From NCBI GenBank assembly GCA_033442325.1, contig JAWQFM010000002.1, forward strand, positions 1,492,714-1,531,680: a DNA stretch of 38,967 bases, read 5' to 3'. Of the stretch, positions 1 to 13,233 are shown one piece after another (the first letter of the stretch is position 1; the number at the start of each line of letters is the position of its first letter). Made by a program: the position numbers and the translations under genes. The DNA is from Salpingoeca rosetta (taxonomy: Eukaryota; Protista; Choanoflagellata). Under the pieces are notes generated by a model. It worked only from the letters and a program-made list of their open reading frames with translations, had not been told where the DNA came from and searched no databases.

Positions 1-53
1 GTGGATGTTGTGGTTGCAGTGCCGGTTGTGCTGGGGATGGTGGTGTCCGCCAT
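1..53 (-). CDS. Possible first coding exon of a gene running off the left edge (MADTTIPSTTGTATTTS...)
   Basis: Minus-strand ATG at 53 in ATGGCG context, like the ATGGC starts of XRCC4, PSMG3, AOAH and SPO11 here; open to the window edge; no homology recognisable. Confidence 0.3.
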   Translation of the reverse strand, partial: MADTTIPSTTGTATTTS

Positions 54-785
54 AATTTCGTTTGTGTGTCACAGTCACAACAACAACGCAAACCAGGGTG
101 GGTGGTCCTTCCTGTGATGCGTGCGTCCCTTGCTTGCTTGCTTCCGCTTGCTTGCTTCTTGGTGGTTTGTTGTGGATAGTCACCCTCAATGCACAGTTTG
201 CCTCTTGCTTGCTTGCTTGGGGTTTGTGTGCGTGTGATATCCACCACGATGCGTTCCAACGCTTGCTGCTGCCTGGCTGCTGTTGCGTGTCAGGCGGCCC
301 GTTGGGTGTGCGGTGGTTCTCTTTTGTGGTTTTTGGCAAGAAAGCAACGGCTGGGGATAATTTTGTGTGGCGCGTGATCCCTGAAGTCAGGAAACGCTGC
401 ATTCGTGGTGTCGCTTGAAAGGCAGATGTGTTGCCAATTGCGGGCAGTGCAATTTGCACAGTGCGATGTGGGTTGAGGGGTGTTGTGGTCCTGCGAGCGA
501 GTGTGTTTTGTGTGTGTGGGTGTGGCGTGTGGTGTGAGGGTGAGGAGGTGTTGTGTTGTGAGCGGTCGTGGTCAGTGGTGGTGTGTTGTTCTGTGTGAGC
601 AAGTTGGTGTAGACAGCCGCACAACCACACAAGCACAGGGACAAGCACAACAAAGAAGAACAACACAGGCGCTCTCGCTATGCGCGTGTTTGCTACGGTG
701 TTCGTGCATGTGGAAAATGACTGACGTTTTGTGGTTGTTGATGCCGTGCTTTGTTGTTGTTGTTGTTGCTGCGATTGCTCCTTCA

Positions 786-786
<1 letters not shown>

Positions 787-862
<76 letters not shown>
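787..862. repeat. (CATCGT)n hexanucleotide microsatellite upstream of the adaptor ATG
   Basis: About 12 perfect copies seen directly; source of the poly-S, poly-D, poly-IV and poly-HR ORFs. Confidence 0.9.
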
Positions 863-863
<1 letters not shown>

Positions 864-910
864 CCATCAACAGCAACATTATCGTCGTTATTGCCATCAA
901 CATAATCATC

Positions 911-2257
911 ATGGGACAAGGGGGATCGAAGAAGGGCGCTGGCGGCAAGCTGCCCAAGACGGGGCCAGCCTCTCAAAAAGGTGTGTTTGGGTGCGTGCTT
1001 GTTGTATGTGAATGTGTGTGTGTGTTTGGTTGTTTGTGTTGCTTGTGTGAATGTGTGTGTTGTTTGTGTTGTTTGTGTTGTTTGTGTTGTTTGTGTTGTT
1101 TGTGTTGAAGATCGGGCAGAGATCAAGCCACGCGACCAGGAACATGTTGCTGTGGCGTGTCAAGTCATTTGCTCTTCAGCGCTCAACTGTGCATGGGCTG
1201 TGCCTGTGTTGGTGTTTGTGGTGGTATGCTGTGACATGATGTAGGGGCGTTGGTGTTTCGCGTGCGGGAGAGCGACTACAACCTGGAAGGCTTCTTGGTG
1301 GTGGCCAACGACACGATTCACTTCCAACCAAAGTAAGTATGGGAGGGAGAGAGTGTGTGTAGTTGTGTGTGTGTGTAGTTGTGTATGCGTGTGTGTGTGT
1401 GTGTGTCTGCTTGTGTGTGTGTGTGTCTGCTTGTGTGTGTGTGTGTGTGTGTGTGAATGTGTGTGAATGTAGTGAACGATAGTGACCCTCGTCTGTCAGA
1501 TATAATCTCGCTTGCATGAAACATCTGCTTTCCAATTTTCAGCCACACACTGATTCGTACTTGTGGTGCGCTTTCTTCTCAGGGCTTCGTCTGCCATCAA
1601 ATCGTTCAGTCTGAAGCATTTGCGATCATACGGACAGGTGCACTCAGCTGCTCTGTGTGTGTGTGTGTGCGCATGCGTGTACGTGCGTGCTTGCGCGCCA
1701 TGCGCGCCTTCCTTCCTCTCGCACATGTGGTCGCTTGATCATGGCAATGACAATTGTATGTGTGTGTATGTGTGTGTGTGTGTGTGTGCGTCGCTTGATT
1801 TCACCCCCAACACAACACACGCACACGCATACGTATGCGCGCGCAGCAAGACGGGGTGTTCTCGTTCAAGACGGGGCGGGCGGCCTCGGAGCCAGAGAAG
1901 CTGTTCCGATACACTGTCGTGGTGCGTTGCGTGCTGCGCTGTGATGTGATGTGACGTTGTGCTTTCAGTGTACTCTTTTGCTCGCTTTTTGCTGCCTTGC
2001 TCATTACGGCGCTGTGCTGTGCTGTGCTGTGCATGCTTGCGCGTGTTGTCTGATGTGTGTTGGTGGTGCTGGTGCTGGCGCTGCAGGATGGCTCGGACAT
2101 CCACGCCGCCTTGAAGCGGCACGTGACCCGCGTCAAGTCCACCCGCGACATGCAGGTGTGAGAGGGAGAGGGCATATGGGGACAAGGAAGACGTACCTTT
2201 GACTTGTGGCGGTGCACAGTGATTTTACGCAGCTTCTGCTTGCAACACACACACACC

Positions 2258-2288
<31 letters not shown>

Positions 2289-2982
2289 CACACACAGACA
2301 GACAGACAGACAGACACACACACACACACAGACACACACAGACAGACACACACACACACACACACAGACACACATTCCGCCATGCACGCGTTGACCCACG
2401 TTACTCTCTTCTCCCCTCCTCTCTCCCTCGTTTGCTGTGCAGAAGTCGACGAGCGGATCGTCACTGCCGCGCCCACTGCCGGCAACGCCGTCCTCAGCAT
2501 CGTCCGGGTATGAGCAGCCAGGGATGCACCCCGCCCCAGACTACGCGCAGCCAACAGACCTGCAGCAGCAGCCGCAGTATGTGCAGCCGGACCCGGCCAG
2601 GCAGCAGCCCGACGACTACTTTGACACAGACGGCGCCAACCACGCCGAGTACGCGCGTGCCAACTACAGCGCACAGGACACGACATACGACAGCCTGGAC
2701 CAGACCACGCGGACAACCGCGCCGGCTCGCCGCCACCAGCAACAGCAGCAGCAGCGGGGCGGTGGGCAGCCCGTGTACTCGCACCTGCAGCACGAGGGCG
2801 GACCGGAGCAGGTGTACAGCAGCCTGGACCACAGCACGCAGCAGACGACGTTCCACAGCACGGCGGGCGGCATCTACAAGGAGCTCAACAGGAGCGAGCA
2901 GACATACAACTCGCTCGAGGGCACACACATGCGCGCCCCCACGTCGGCAGAGAACCCGCACTTCTACGACCGCCTCAACTAG
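911..2982 (+). CDS. N-myristoylated IRS-type PTB domain docking protein (FRS2/DOK-like), ~298 aa
   Basis: Six GT-AG exons in consistent phase: 911-980, 1245-1332, 1583-1637, 1847-1921, 2087-2155, 2443-2982. N-terminus MGQGGS fits the myristoylation consensus. FSLKHLRSYGQQDGVFSFKTGR resembles the IRS-PTB signature LRRYG..FSFEsGR. The tail is rich in Tyr motifs. Confidence 0.75.
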
Positions 2983-3656
2983 CCCCGCTCCCACCACCAC
3001 CACCACCACCACCTCCTCCTCCCGTCAAGGAAAGTGTGTGTGTGTGAAGCATAGGTGTCAGTGCGTGATGATTGAGATGTTGATCCGTTATGAAGGCTCG
3101 TTCCCTTTCCTTCCCCTTGTAGCGAATGCCGTTGTTTTGACTTTAGTTTGTTCATTGCTGACTTCGGTTGTTGTACAACCATCTTCGTTGCACTCGTTAC
3201 ACGTTCGCTTGAATGATTGTTGTGTCTGGTGTTCACTCAACTTCCCTTCTCACAGATGGTGATGTGAGAGTGCAAGGTTGCGGCTGGCGTTGACGGTTTA
3301 GTTGTTCCCGGCTACAGCTCAGAATCGCCTACGCTCGATTGCTTGCTTGCTGTGGCATTGCGAGCCATTCCCCTGCTGCATCTTGCAACTGGTCTTGCCT
3401 TGTCCTTGCCGCTTGGTTGATCCAATAACTCGTGTAATCGTCATCACCACATGTTGTTGGCGCTGCTGCTGCTTGTAGAAATTGTATTTGACTGGTGTGT
3501 GTGTGTGTGTGTGACTTCTTCTGAGCTTTTATTTCACAACTAGAGAGGCTCGAAACTGAACTTGTGACGTGCTTGGGCAACTGGAAGCGCTGTTACAACA
3601 ACGCCAACGAAGCTCGCACGCACGTGATGATTGTCGCAAAGGTCAATTGACCTTTA

Positions 3657-3693
<37 letters not shown>

Positions 3694-3704
3694 CACGTTG
3701 CCCT

Positions 3705-4631
3705 TCACGATGAGGAGGAGGCGGTGGATGGTGTCGACTGCGCCCGCTGCTGCTCGTACTCGTGCAGGAGCTGTTCATCTGTCCACACAAGCAGCGCTTC
3801 AGGGGACCGGTACAACCGGAGTAGAAGTTGGAAGATGCTTTCTTCCGTCCATAGCTCGCCGTGCTCACGACTCAAGTACAGTGCGTCCAAGACACTTCGC
3901 ACAGCCAACACCTACACCCGCGCATGACAATCGAGAATGATGCAGTGTATCATGTGTTTTCGGTGAATTCTTGCGGGGGAGAGCACGTAGCATGCCGGGC
4001 ACCACAAACGCACACACGCAGACACAGACACAGACACACAAACACACACACACATACACACACACACACACAGCACAGACACACACATACCCCTCCCAAA
4101 CATCATCACGACCGTCAGGCGGACCTGTGGCATCTTTTCGAAGATGATCTTGTGGGAGACGTTGTCGACGCTGAGGCGGATAAATCGTCCAATCACTGAT
4201 GGAACACAAACAACATGTGCATTGCGCAATCACCAAAGTGCACGGATTAGCACAGCAGCGGCAGCGTGCAAAACAGCCGTGACATCTCCATTCTGCGCTG
4301 AAATGTACTTTTCACGGGCAAGCAGTCATACCACGACCAGGCCACATCACCAACACCCGCATGAGCAACATTACAGGTGTCATGCATTGGGACGCACCGA
4401 GCACCACGGAGACGTAGAGGCCAACGATGCCGTAACTGCTGATGAAGGATAGACTTTCCGGCACAACGCGGTCGTTGAAGGTGACGATTTCCAGCCACTG
4501 GGATGCGGGGTACTTGGAGTGCGAGATGTTGCGGTTGTCCGTGGCACTCGCCTGCAGGAGGGACAGAATGGAGCGCGCAAGAGGATGGCCCGAGTGAGTG
4601 CTCGATGGATTCGTCATCCTTTCATGCATGA

Positions 4632-4667
<36 letters not shown>

Positions 4668-4882
4668 GATTCGACACGGGCGCGCACCACGTGTGGTGAT
4701 GACTGGAGCATGGTCCACCATTCGTGCGTGCCGTCAATTTGACGGAAGAGAGTGCAGTTGACGAGCAGATCTCGTAGGGAATCAGGGAGAGCTGATTGTG
4801 GGCGTGGCATGTCTTCATGGCCTGGCAGGTCGTGCGAAAAGACACGCACACGCGTACACATCAAATGTCAATGTGGGCGTTG

Positions 4883-4931
<49 letters not shown>

Positions 4932-5281
4932 CCAGGTGAACTCGGACAGGTCGCCGCCTCCACAACGCACACATGCACACACACACAGACATACTGAGGT
5001 GGAATGTGGACGCGTAGACGAATGGGAGGTGCACGCGCGCGTTTGATGTGTTGAGTGCCTCCAAGAGCTGGAGTCTTGTTGGCTCTTCGGGCAAGATGGT
5101 CGTTGTGCGCGTCTCCGTTGACACTGACACATTGGCACGCAGGTGAAAATGGAACCAACAGCCACGTTGCAGCGTGTGAGCCAAGCAGGCCCTGCCACCA
5201 CCACACAATCGCGTCTACACACCAAGACGAATGTGCATCCACATGCGCGCGCACACACGCGCACACATACACAATCAAAGA

Positions 5282-5326
<45 letters not shown>

Positions 5327-7389
5327 CACTAACTTCACACCTTGTGCCACACCGTCGCGAACGTCACGCGTGAAGCGAACGGTAAACTCAAGTACGACAT
5401 CTGTTGTGTTGTCACGAAGCGTTGTCAGCAACCGTGCGCGCGACGAGGGAGAGATTGTCCACACGGACTTGGACTGTGGCGATAGAAGCACGCGCTGGAC
5501 GTCAGATTGCCTGAAGCTGTTGACAAAACCGGACGGATCGACGGACTCGAGTTCCGCATAGTCCTCCGCAGCGATGGAGGGAAGCGTGGGCACGGTGTCC
5601 ATTACGAAGATGGGCTCGAAGGAGTTGACACTGAGCGAAATCTCCACTCTGTTGGGCACGTTCGGCTCCGCGCGGTTGTTGATGAGGGACATGATGAGCA
5701 GCGGGAACCAGAGCACAATCACCAGCACGGCGACGAGAGACACACCGGTGGCCAACTTCTGCATGAGTGGCTGCTTCTCGCCCCATCTGCGGCCATCCTT
5801 CTTCTCAGACTTGATTGTGTACTGGTTGGAAAACAGCTGCCCGTTGATGTCCTCGACGCGATACCAGTCGTTGAGGTGGAGCGTGGTTGCAGTGCACGAC
5901 CAGTCCAACAGCATCCGAAGCTCGTGCATGAAGGGGATGGCACGGTACACTTGGAAGACAACAAACCCAAACAGCGTGGAGTGGCGGGTGAGCGAGTTGC
6001 GCTGTACGGAGAGCGGGAACGTTGCACGGATCTGCGCGGCGGAGAGGAAGAGGTAGACGACCTTGAGGATGTACAGAACAATGATGACGCTGTTCTCTCT
6101 GAAGGAGCGGCGGGTTGTGGACGGGATCCAATAGAACACGAGAAAGTGGACGAGGAGGGCCACGAGGCAGTGGAAGATGAGTTTTCCACGCACGTTGCGC
6201 GTCAGGTAGAGGGCACGGTCGACGATGATAAACAGGAACTGCATGAGCATGTACAGGAGGAGCCCGGATGGAATGTTGTTGTCTTGGATGATGGAGCTTG
6301 TGCTGACAGCAAACTGTTCCCGGCGCCGGAAGCCAGACCACCCGAAACAGATGACAATGAAGGACAAAAACTCCACCAGGAACGAGGGAATGTAGTAGTC
6401 GCGAGGCGCCGCCAGTGAATCATCGAGAATATCACGAAGACCCTTTGTGAACCGGTGCAGGAGCGATGTGCCACCCGAAGCGGCAGACCCACGACGATGA
6501 CGACGACGATGACGACGACGGTGGTGGTGGCGGTGGTGGTCGGTGTCGTCGCGGTCATGAGCCCAGCCATCGTCGTGTGTACTTGCACCAGAGAGGATGC
6601 TTGACGCACTTGCTGACCGCCGTGAGCGAAGCGACGACAAGGTGCTTGTTCGCGTTCGGCTGTGCTGCGACACGTCAGCATGCTCATGATGGAAATGTGG
6701 TTCGGTAGCTGTGGTGTCACCATCCATGTGAAGCACCTCAGCAGTTGTCACTGCCGTTGAGGGCGTGCGAGACCGCACGAGCGCATGTGCTTTGTGTTCG
6801 CTGCCGCCGCTGGCAATGGCATCTTGCGCCTGCTTGTCCTTCTTCCTCTGCTGCCTTGTTGTTGCTGGCTTCATGTCCATATCTGGCCACACTTTTGGTC
6901 TGCGATGAAGATGACGGGACAAGAGATACAAGTGACATATGAACACCGTCTGAGTGAGTGTTCATGTGCAAGTATGCGTGTGGGCGTCTGTTTGTGGTTG
7001 GTTGTCTATTTGTGGTTGGTTGTCTATTTGTGGTTGGTTGTCTATTTGTGGTTCCCTCTCTGTCTGTCTGTCTGTCTCTGTCGTATCAAAGAAGAGCAAC
7101 ATCGCACGTTCCAGCAGCAAGATGAAGTAGGTGCAAGCACGGAGGATGTGTGCAGCAGTTGCGCGCGTGTGTCTGACGTACTGCCACATGCCGAGGGAGC
7201 GCAGGTTGACGCGATGAACAAAGAGTGACAGCAACAGCAGCATGTCTGGCAGCAGATCCACAAGAAATTCCGGCGTGTCCGCATACCGCCAAATGCCTGA
7301 AGATGAAGAGTGTGTGGTGGGGTCGTTGCGTGTGTCGGTTATGTTCACAATGTGTGTGTGTGTGTGTGCGTGCGTGCGTTTGCGGGGGG

Positions 7390-7477
<88 letters not shown>

Positions 7478-9267
7478 AACAAGAGCCCTTGAACTGGTTT
7501 CACAACAGGCGTTTGAAACCCAACCATGTCTGACCCTGACACTGATCACGCACATTTGCACTTGCACACACGCACACACGCACACACACACACGCATGCA
7601 CACACACGACCACCAAGTTTGCGTTTCTGACTGACCGAGAAAGCGAGGGAAATCCATGCAGCCGTCGTTGAAGAACGACTGCCTGCATTCGCTGTGCGCG
7701 GGAGCGTTGAATTGTCCCCAAAACTCAAACTGGAACGCAAGCTTCAACACTGCAATTAATCACACGCGCGTGGGTGTGTGTGTTTGAAGAGAGCATGTGA
7801 GTGGTATTGAACTGGTGCACTTGTGTGCGTGTGCGTGTGCATGTGTGTGCGAAATGCGAGTGTGCCCGGTGTGCGAGTAGTATGCGCTGTGCTGTCTGAT
7901 GAGTTGACGTGTGTGCATGTGCAATGGACCAGTGACAACATCACAAGCGCAAAACGCAACGCCAACACGTGATCCCGCTGCTCCCGTACGTATTGTTCCG
8001 ATGGAGTAGAAGGTGAGCGCCTTCCAGAAGACGATGGAGGGGAACGGGCGAACAAGGCCGCCCCAGAGGAAGTAGAAGAGCGGCAGCAGCACTGCCAGGA
8101 ACGACGACTCCACCAGCACATTGATAATCAGCAGGAGGTAGCATGGCACGTGCGTGTGCGTGCTCCAGAAGCGATACAGCTCCGTGGAGAGGGATGGCGG
8201 TGGCTTGCTTGCTGACGGCGGTGGCTCATCTTCGTCAAAGCGCGCACATCCCGGACTCGAAGGCGACAGCGATGAGGAGGAGGTCCAGTCGTCTGATGGC
8301 CGTTGCGCGCACACATATGCACACGAACACATGTACACGAACGCATATGCACATACATGCGGCGTGGAGTTGGGACATTAAAAATCAGTGAGACCTTAGA
8401 ACACAATGGCAAAGCGGGGAACACAGTCGGTCACGCAACCGTGCAACTGCAATCGGCACACACAAGTACACCAACACACACACACACACAAGTATACCAA
8501 CGCACACACGCACAAGTACACCAACGCACATACCTCGCCACAGGGGTTCAAACACATGGTTTGCTTCGTGCAGTTGTGTTTGCAGGGCCTTCAGTCCACT
8601 CCTCCACGTCGTGATGATCCACACGCGCAAGCGGGACAGCAGGGGCGGTTTTGGCGCGTCCTTCTCTTTGCTTCCGTCCTCACTTTTCTGCTGCTGCTGC
8701 TGCCGTCGTGGTGCTGTGGTGTCGGGCTGCTGTGCCGCACTGGCTGCCCCGCCGTCTTGCTGCTCTGGTGGATGAGTCATCAGCACCACCTCTTCCTCAG
8801 GATCAGGCTGAAGGTCAACATCAAGATCACCATCACCACCATAAGCGTGAGCATCAATGGCGCCACTCGTGTCGTCGGTTGTCGTCGTTGCAACTGGTGT
8901 GGGAGGCAAGTCGTGTGTGGAGGCCACACGTGGTGCAGCTGCGCTAGTTGGAGCACTTGCGCCCTCGTGCTTCCCCTGGTCGCCAGCGACACCATCACCA
9001 CTGGCATCATCCTTTCCGCTTGTGTCTTCTGGATAGTCCTCGTCTGGTGCTGTGAGCGATTGTGACAGTAGTGTGCTTGCATCACGCCGTCGCAGAAACC
9101 ACAGTGCAAGCTCTCGCTCCCGATACGCGTGCGTTGAGTCCTTGCGCTTGTACTCACTCAGCTGCAGGTGTTGATTCGCGCAAACAAAGCCATCATGAGT
9201 GTTAGGCTCGGCAAAGCCAAGCGTCAATGGAAAATATGCAACTAAGCAACACACAGACGAAGGCATC

Positions 9268-9302
<35 letters not shown>

Positions 9303-9732
9303 GAGGGAGAGAGACAGAGAGAGAGAGAGAGAACGTGACCGTGACAAACACGCACACGCATACGCGCACACCATCTGTTTGGCACTGCCACGGTCTCTCC
9401 CTATCCCTGACTCTCATTGCTTTGATTTACATATGCACGCACGCACCCGCTGGATGAAGCGCTTGGCAAGCTCAACGCGGGTTGCAGTCCGCTGTTTGTG
9501 GCGAAGAATTTGCTCCTTCAGACGCGGCGCCAATGCCTGATAGATGGCAGGAAACAAAGTGTGGGCAAGTGTGACAGTGCAGGTGGAGGCGTGGGGGGGG
9601 AGTGAGGGAACACAGCTCAGGAACTGAGGCCAACGTGACGTTCAACGCTTGCAATTGAATGCGCATGCGCCATGTACCTTCATGCACGCACACAACAAAC
9701 AGCACAGAAACAGCACATACACGACCACACGA

Positions 9733-9779
<47 letters not shown>

Positions 9780-10348
9780 NNNNNNNNNNNNNNNNNNNNN
9801 NNNNNNNNNNNNNNNNNNNNNNNNNNNNNNNNNNNNNNNNNNNNNNNNNNNNNNNNNNNNNNNNNNNNNNNNNNNNNNNNNNNNNNNNNNNNNNNNNNNN
9901 NNNNNNNNNNNNNNNNNNNNNNNNNNNNNNNNNNNNNNNNNNNNNNNNNNNNNNNNNNNNNNNNNNNNNNNNNNNNNNNNNNNNNNNNNNNNNNNNNNNN
10001 NNNNNNNNNNNNNNNNNNNNNNNNNTGTGATTTGCAGCACGTCAGGCGGCCCGTTATACGAGCGATCAAGCAATGGCTTTGATCGTGTCTTCACTACTCC
10101 TCTACATATGCGGTACACACTAGACATACACACTAAGGTGTCTGTCATCGCTTCGTCTCCCTCTTGTGTCGGGGATGTGTCTGTGGCTGGCTGCTGCTGG
10201 GCATGTGCACAGGGTGGCACCGCACCGGAAGCCGGCAGCGGCGGCGTCAGCGAGGCCTCGCTGGACGAGCTGGAGTCGATGGTCTCCGATCTACTGAGGC
10301 AAACAGGGCTGTCGGTTTAGCAGCGACGAGGACGCCGACGCACACGAT

Positions 10349-10437
<89 letters not shown>

Positions 10438-13201
10438 GCACGCACACACACACACACACGTCTCGCGTGTTTCCTCTCACCTCTGGCGTGGACCAGCCAA
10501 GCGGAGCGCGAGGGATGATGCCGTTGTTTGGCTCGTGCGTGGACTCGTGACCAGGATGGTTTGGCGGCAGGTACACCCAGCGCAGCACCACCCGCAGCGC
10601 ATAATGACGCGAGGCAACACCGTCCCAGGGATACTCAACATTATCGGGAAGGCCTGTGATTCGTGAAGGGACACGCGTCAGCATTTGCATGACCACCGCC
10701 ACGGGAACCACACCAGTCACACACGCACTTGAGCACTTTCACGCACTTGGTCACTCACACAAAAGCATGCACATGCACACACACAACACTCACACACACA
10801 CTCTCTCACAGACACTCAGACACACACACACACAGCACAACACACACAACACAACACACACTCTCAGACACACACACACACACACAAACGCGTGAACATG
10901 TGTCATACCTAGGGCGGACGCGTACAGGTAGAGGAAAAGGATGGCTTGGACAATGAGGATGGTGCGCCAGGCGCCGTGCGTAATGGTGTTGCGGCGAACA
11001 GCAAGCACACCCACAACAACGAGATAGAACAGCGACACCACGTTCAGCCGCACTGGAATGGCACGCAAGGAAACGGCGCAAGACAAGTGTGTCGTATGGC
11101 AACAAGAATGCGGTTGGTTAGAAGGTGCCATGATCCCACGCATGCATGTGCATAGCAACCTGCACATGCACCCACGCACGCAAATACACACACACAGAAA
11201 CACACACAGAAACACACACACGCACGCGAATACACACACAGAAACACACACACGCATGCATGCGGTGGTACTTCTTACCCAGCGCGGCAACGAGGGCAAG
11301 TACCAGGACGAGGTACATGCCAAAGAGCTCAAAGTAGTGGTTGATGACAAACTTGAGACCCGTTGACACCGCATCCATCGTCCACACTCTCGGTTCCTCC
11401 GGCACAACGCCGCCACCAAATACTCCGCTCGTGTTCGTGCTCTCGACGAGGGGGACGCTCTCCACAGCGGCAGCATCATCGTCGCCATCACCATCGGACG
11501 TGCTGCCGGATGTGGATGTGCGCGACTCGGCCATCCGTTCGATAGACTCTGGTCGTGGTGGTGGCTCGTCGAAGAAACAGCGCTGGCCTCGTGTGTTGTC
11601 GTCACCCCACAACCGTCCCCGCACATCGCGCAGCACGCGGCGGCAGATGCTGCTCAGCATCACGTAGATCTCCCACTGCACAAGAGCGAGTGGTGTCTCC
11701 TTGGTTCCGTGGATGGGGTGCAGCCCAAACCACGCTGTGTGCGTGTGTGCGTGCGTGTGCGTGTGTGTGTGTGCGCGTGTGCGAGTGTTTGTTTGTGTTG
11801 AGAGTGTGTGTGTGTGTGCGTGTGTGTGCGTGTGTGTGCATGTGTGTGCATGTGTGTGCATGTGTGTGCATGTGGGGGTGTGGGTGACGGGCATGAGTTG
11901 TGCGCTAGAAGTCTGGAGGATGCACAAGCATTCATGAGCACGCGGATTGGGTGGGCTTGTGCGTTTGCATTACGCATGCATGTGTGTGGCTGACCCCAGA
12001 ATCAAGTGTCACGCCGGCTTAACACACGCGACACAACAGCAGATTAACGCCAAGAAACCATCCAACACTGCTCGTCCTCTCCCTCAGTGTGTGTTGTATG
12101 TGTGTGTGTTGTCTGCAAACGTACAGAGCTCAGTCTCGTTGATGTGCAGCTTGACTTCATGCAACTGATACGCCAGCTTGGCGAGCGCCATTGCCTGCAA
12201 GCACGAGAGGAAGCGACGATGTAATTACAGAAGTGAGGTTTGGCGTCCAAGGGTGAGTGCACAAGACAAGAGCCAAGCAAATCAGAGAGATGCAACCGCA
12301 CACACACACACACACACATTGGCCCGCGAACATGCACACATGCGCATACACATCGATCTGTGCATGTACACAAGAGCAAACAAAAACAAACACAAGAACA
12401 CACACATGCACACATGCACACATGCTGAGCGTACCGCCATCCAAGCAAGGAGGAGGAAGTGGAGCACGCGTTTTGACTTTGGGATGAGCATGACGAGGCC
12501 GATGAGGAGAATGGTGATGATGTCCATTCCTTCAGGTGTCGGGCGGAGTGCAGATGCAAGCGCCAGCCCAATCACAACTTGCTCAACATGCAACGCACAC
12601 ATGCGCAGAAACCCGACAGCAGCCTGTTTGCGTTTATGCGTGTGTATGTGTGTGCATGTGTGCGTGTGTGTAGATGCGAGCGGTGAGACTCACATCAAGA
12701 TATTTGTTGATCGGAAAGGCGTTGCATACCACAATACCTCCCTCCACCTTCCCCCCCCCCCAAGGAAAGCGCATCAAAGGGCTGTACTACACGGCATTGT
12801 AACGCCACAACAGTACCGACCTTCTGCAAGATAGTGCGAGAGGGAAACATTGGCCCTTCAAACAGAGAGCGTTCTGACGTTTGCACGCGCGTTTGAATCA
12901 CCGCAGCAACAAGCGTCAGCGTCGCCGGCAGCTGTGCACACACAGCACACATGAAAGCGAATGTGCACACATCACACATCAGCGGAGACAAAGCAATGGT
13001 GAGCTATTTCGAGTACAAACACAGTGGACGTGTATGGTGATGTGATAGACCGAGGTGCTCTGATCAAAGTTGCCCACACAACACAAGCGTAAACGCAAGG
13101 TTTGCGCTCGAATCACACCATTTATCGTTCGTGTGTGTGTATGCGTACACGTGTGTGTGTGCGTGTATGCGTACACGTGTGTGTGTGCGTGTATGCGTAC
13201 A

Positions 13202-13233
<32 letters not shown>

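Noticed and set aside
572-1126. Minus-strand poly-Asp ORF (184 aa)
   Set aside because: Produced by the (CATCGT)n repeat; it is antisense to a well-supported first exon and has no domain.
1111-1160. Possible extra adaptor exon (DRAEIKPRDQEH)
   Set aside because: An acceptor-like AG is present, but no phase-compatible GT donor was found and the model is complete without it.
5507-6418. 303-aa plus-strand ORF (likewise 22073-23194 and 17109-17726)
   Set aside because: Antisense shadows of GC3-rich Piezo and AOAH exons.
6990-7052. Short direct repeats (21-bp x3 here; 30-bp x3 at ~23221-23305) as a CRISPR-like array
   Set aside because: Head-to-tail repeats without unique spacers, inside eukaryotic introns, with no cas genes.
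8649-8658. TTTTGGCGCG E2F-like match
   Set aside because: Inside a Piezo coding exon; isolated matches are expected by chance.
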